Shown here: positions 63,713 through 64,000 of the stretch, piece by piece | Layout: the number at the start of each line of letters is the position of its first letter | How positions within the stretch are numbered: position 1 is the first letter of the stretch | Source: Neocallimastix sp. 'constans' | Lineage: Eukaryota | Assembly: GCA_050613775.1 (NCBI GenBank) | Contig: JBODTK010000119.1 | Coordinates: forward strand, 1 to 64,000 | Length of the DNA: 64,000 nucleotides | Direction: 5' to 3' | The notes under the pieces: generated by a model | The model's input: the letters and a program-made list of their open reading frames with translations, nothing else | The model's database searches: none | What the model was told of the DNA's origin: nothing | Program-made: the position numbers and the translations under genes

Positions 63713-64000
63713 AATAAAATAAAATAAAGGTTTTATTGATTTTTTTTTTTATATTAATTTATTTTTATATTATATTACCTTTTATTCAAATAAGTTTTAT
63801 TTTTAAACTATTTATAAATAATACATATATATATATTTTGTTTAGACTTTTTATTATTCAATTTATTTAAACTGATACTATTTATTTATTAATATTATTC
63901 ACTTAATTTATTTAATATAAAATATATTTAATGGTTAGATTTCATTAAAATTTATTATTGAATTAAATAATAATTAAATTCTATCTTTAAAAAATAAATA

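Overview
Extremely AT-rich, intron-rich eukaryotic DNA with abundant poly-A/T and (ATT)n microsatellites. Gene content and composition point to an anaerobic gut fungus (Neocallimastigomycota); this is an inference. The first 16 kb holds four spliced genes: a CHD1L/ALC1-type SNF2 remodeller with a macro domain (minus strand, runs off the window start), TSC13/TECR enoyl-CoA reductase, a YcbL/GloC-like metallo-beta-lactamase-fold hydrolase with a long organellar-type presequence, and a solute-binding-protein/7TM fusion receptor. From 22.8 to 59.3 kb lies a dispersed tandem array of five same-strand, three-exon paralogs. Each encodes signal peptide + loosenin/expansin-like DPBB domain + a conserved ~55-aa extension + a paralog-specific repetitive stalk + a Gly-rich transmembrane helix + a conserved cytoplasmic motif ending in Val. 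One copy is pseudogenised, and two show a gene-conversion-like mosaic. Spacers between paralogs hold nested non-LTR retrotransposon fragments (three with clear 13-14 bp target-site duplications), two inverted MITE copies, a possible SINE and several long AT-rich palindromes. The membrane-anchored DPBB array is the most interesting system. All exon boundaries and family assignments were made by eye, without database searches.
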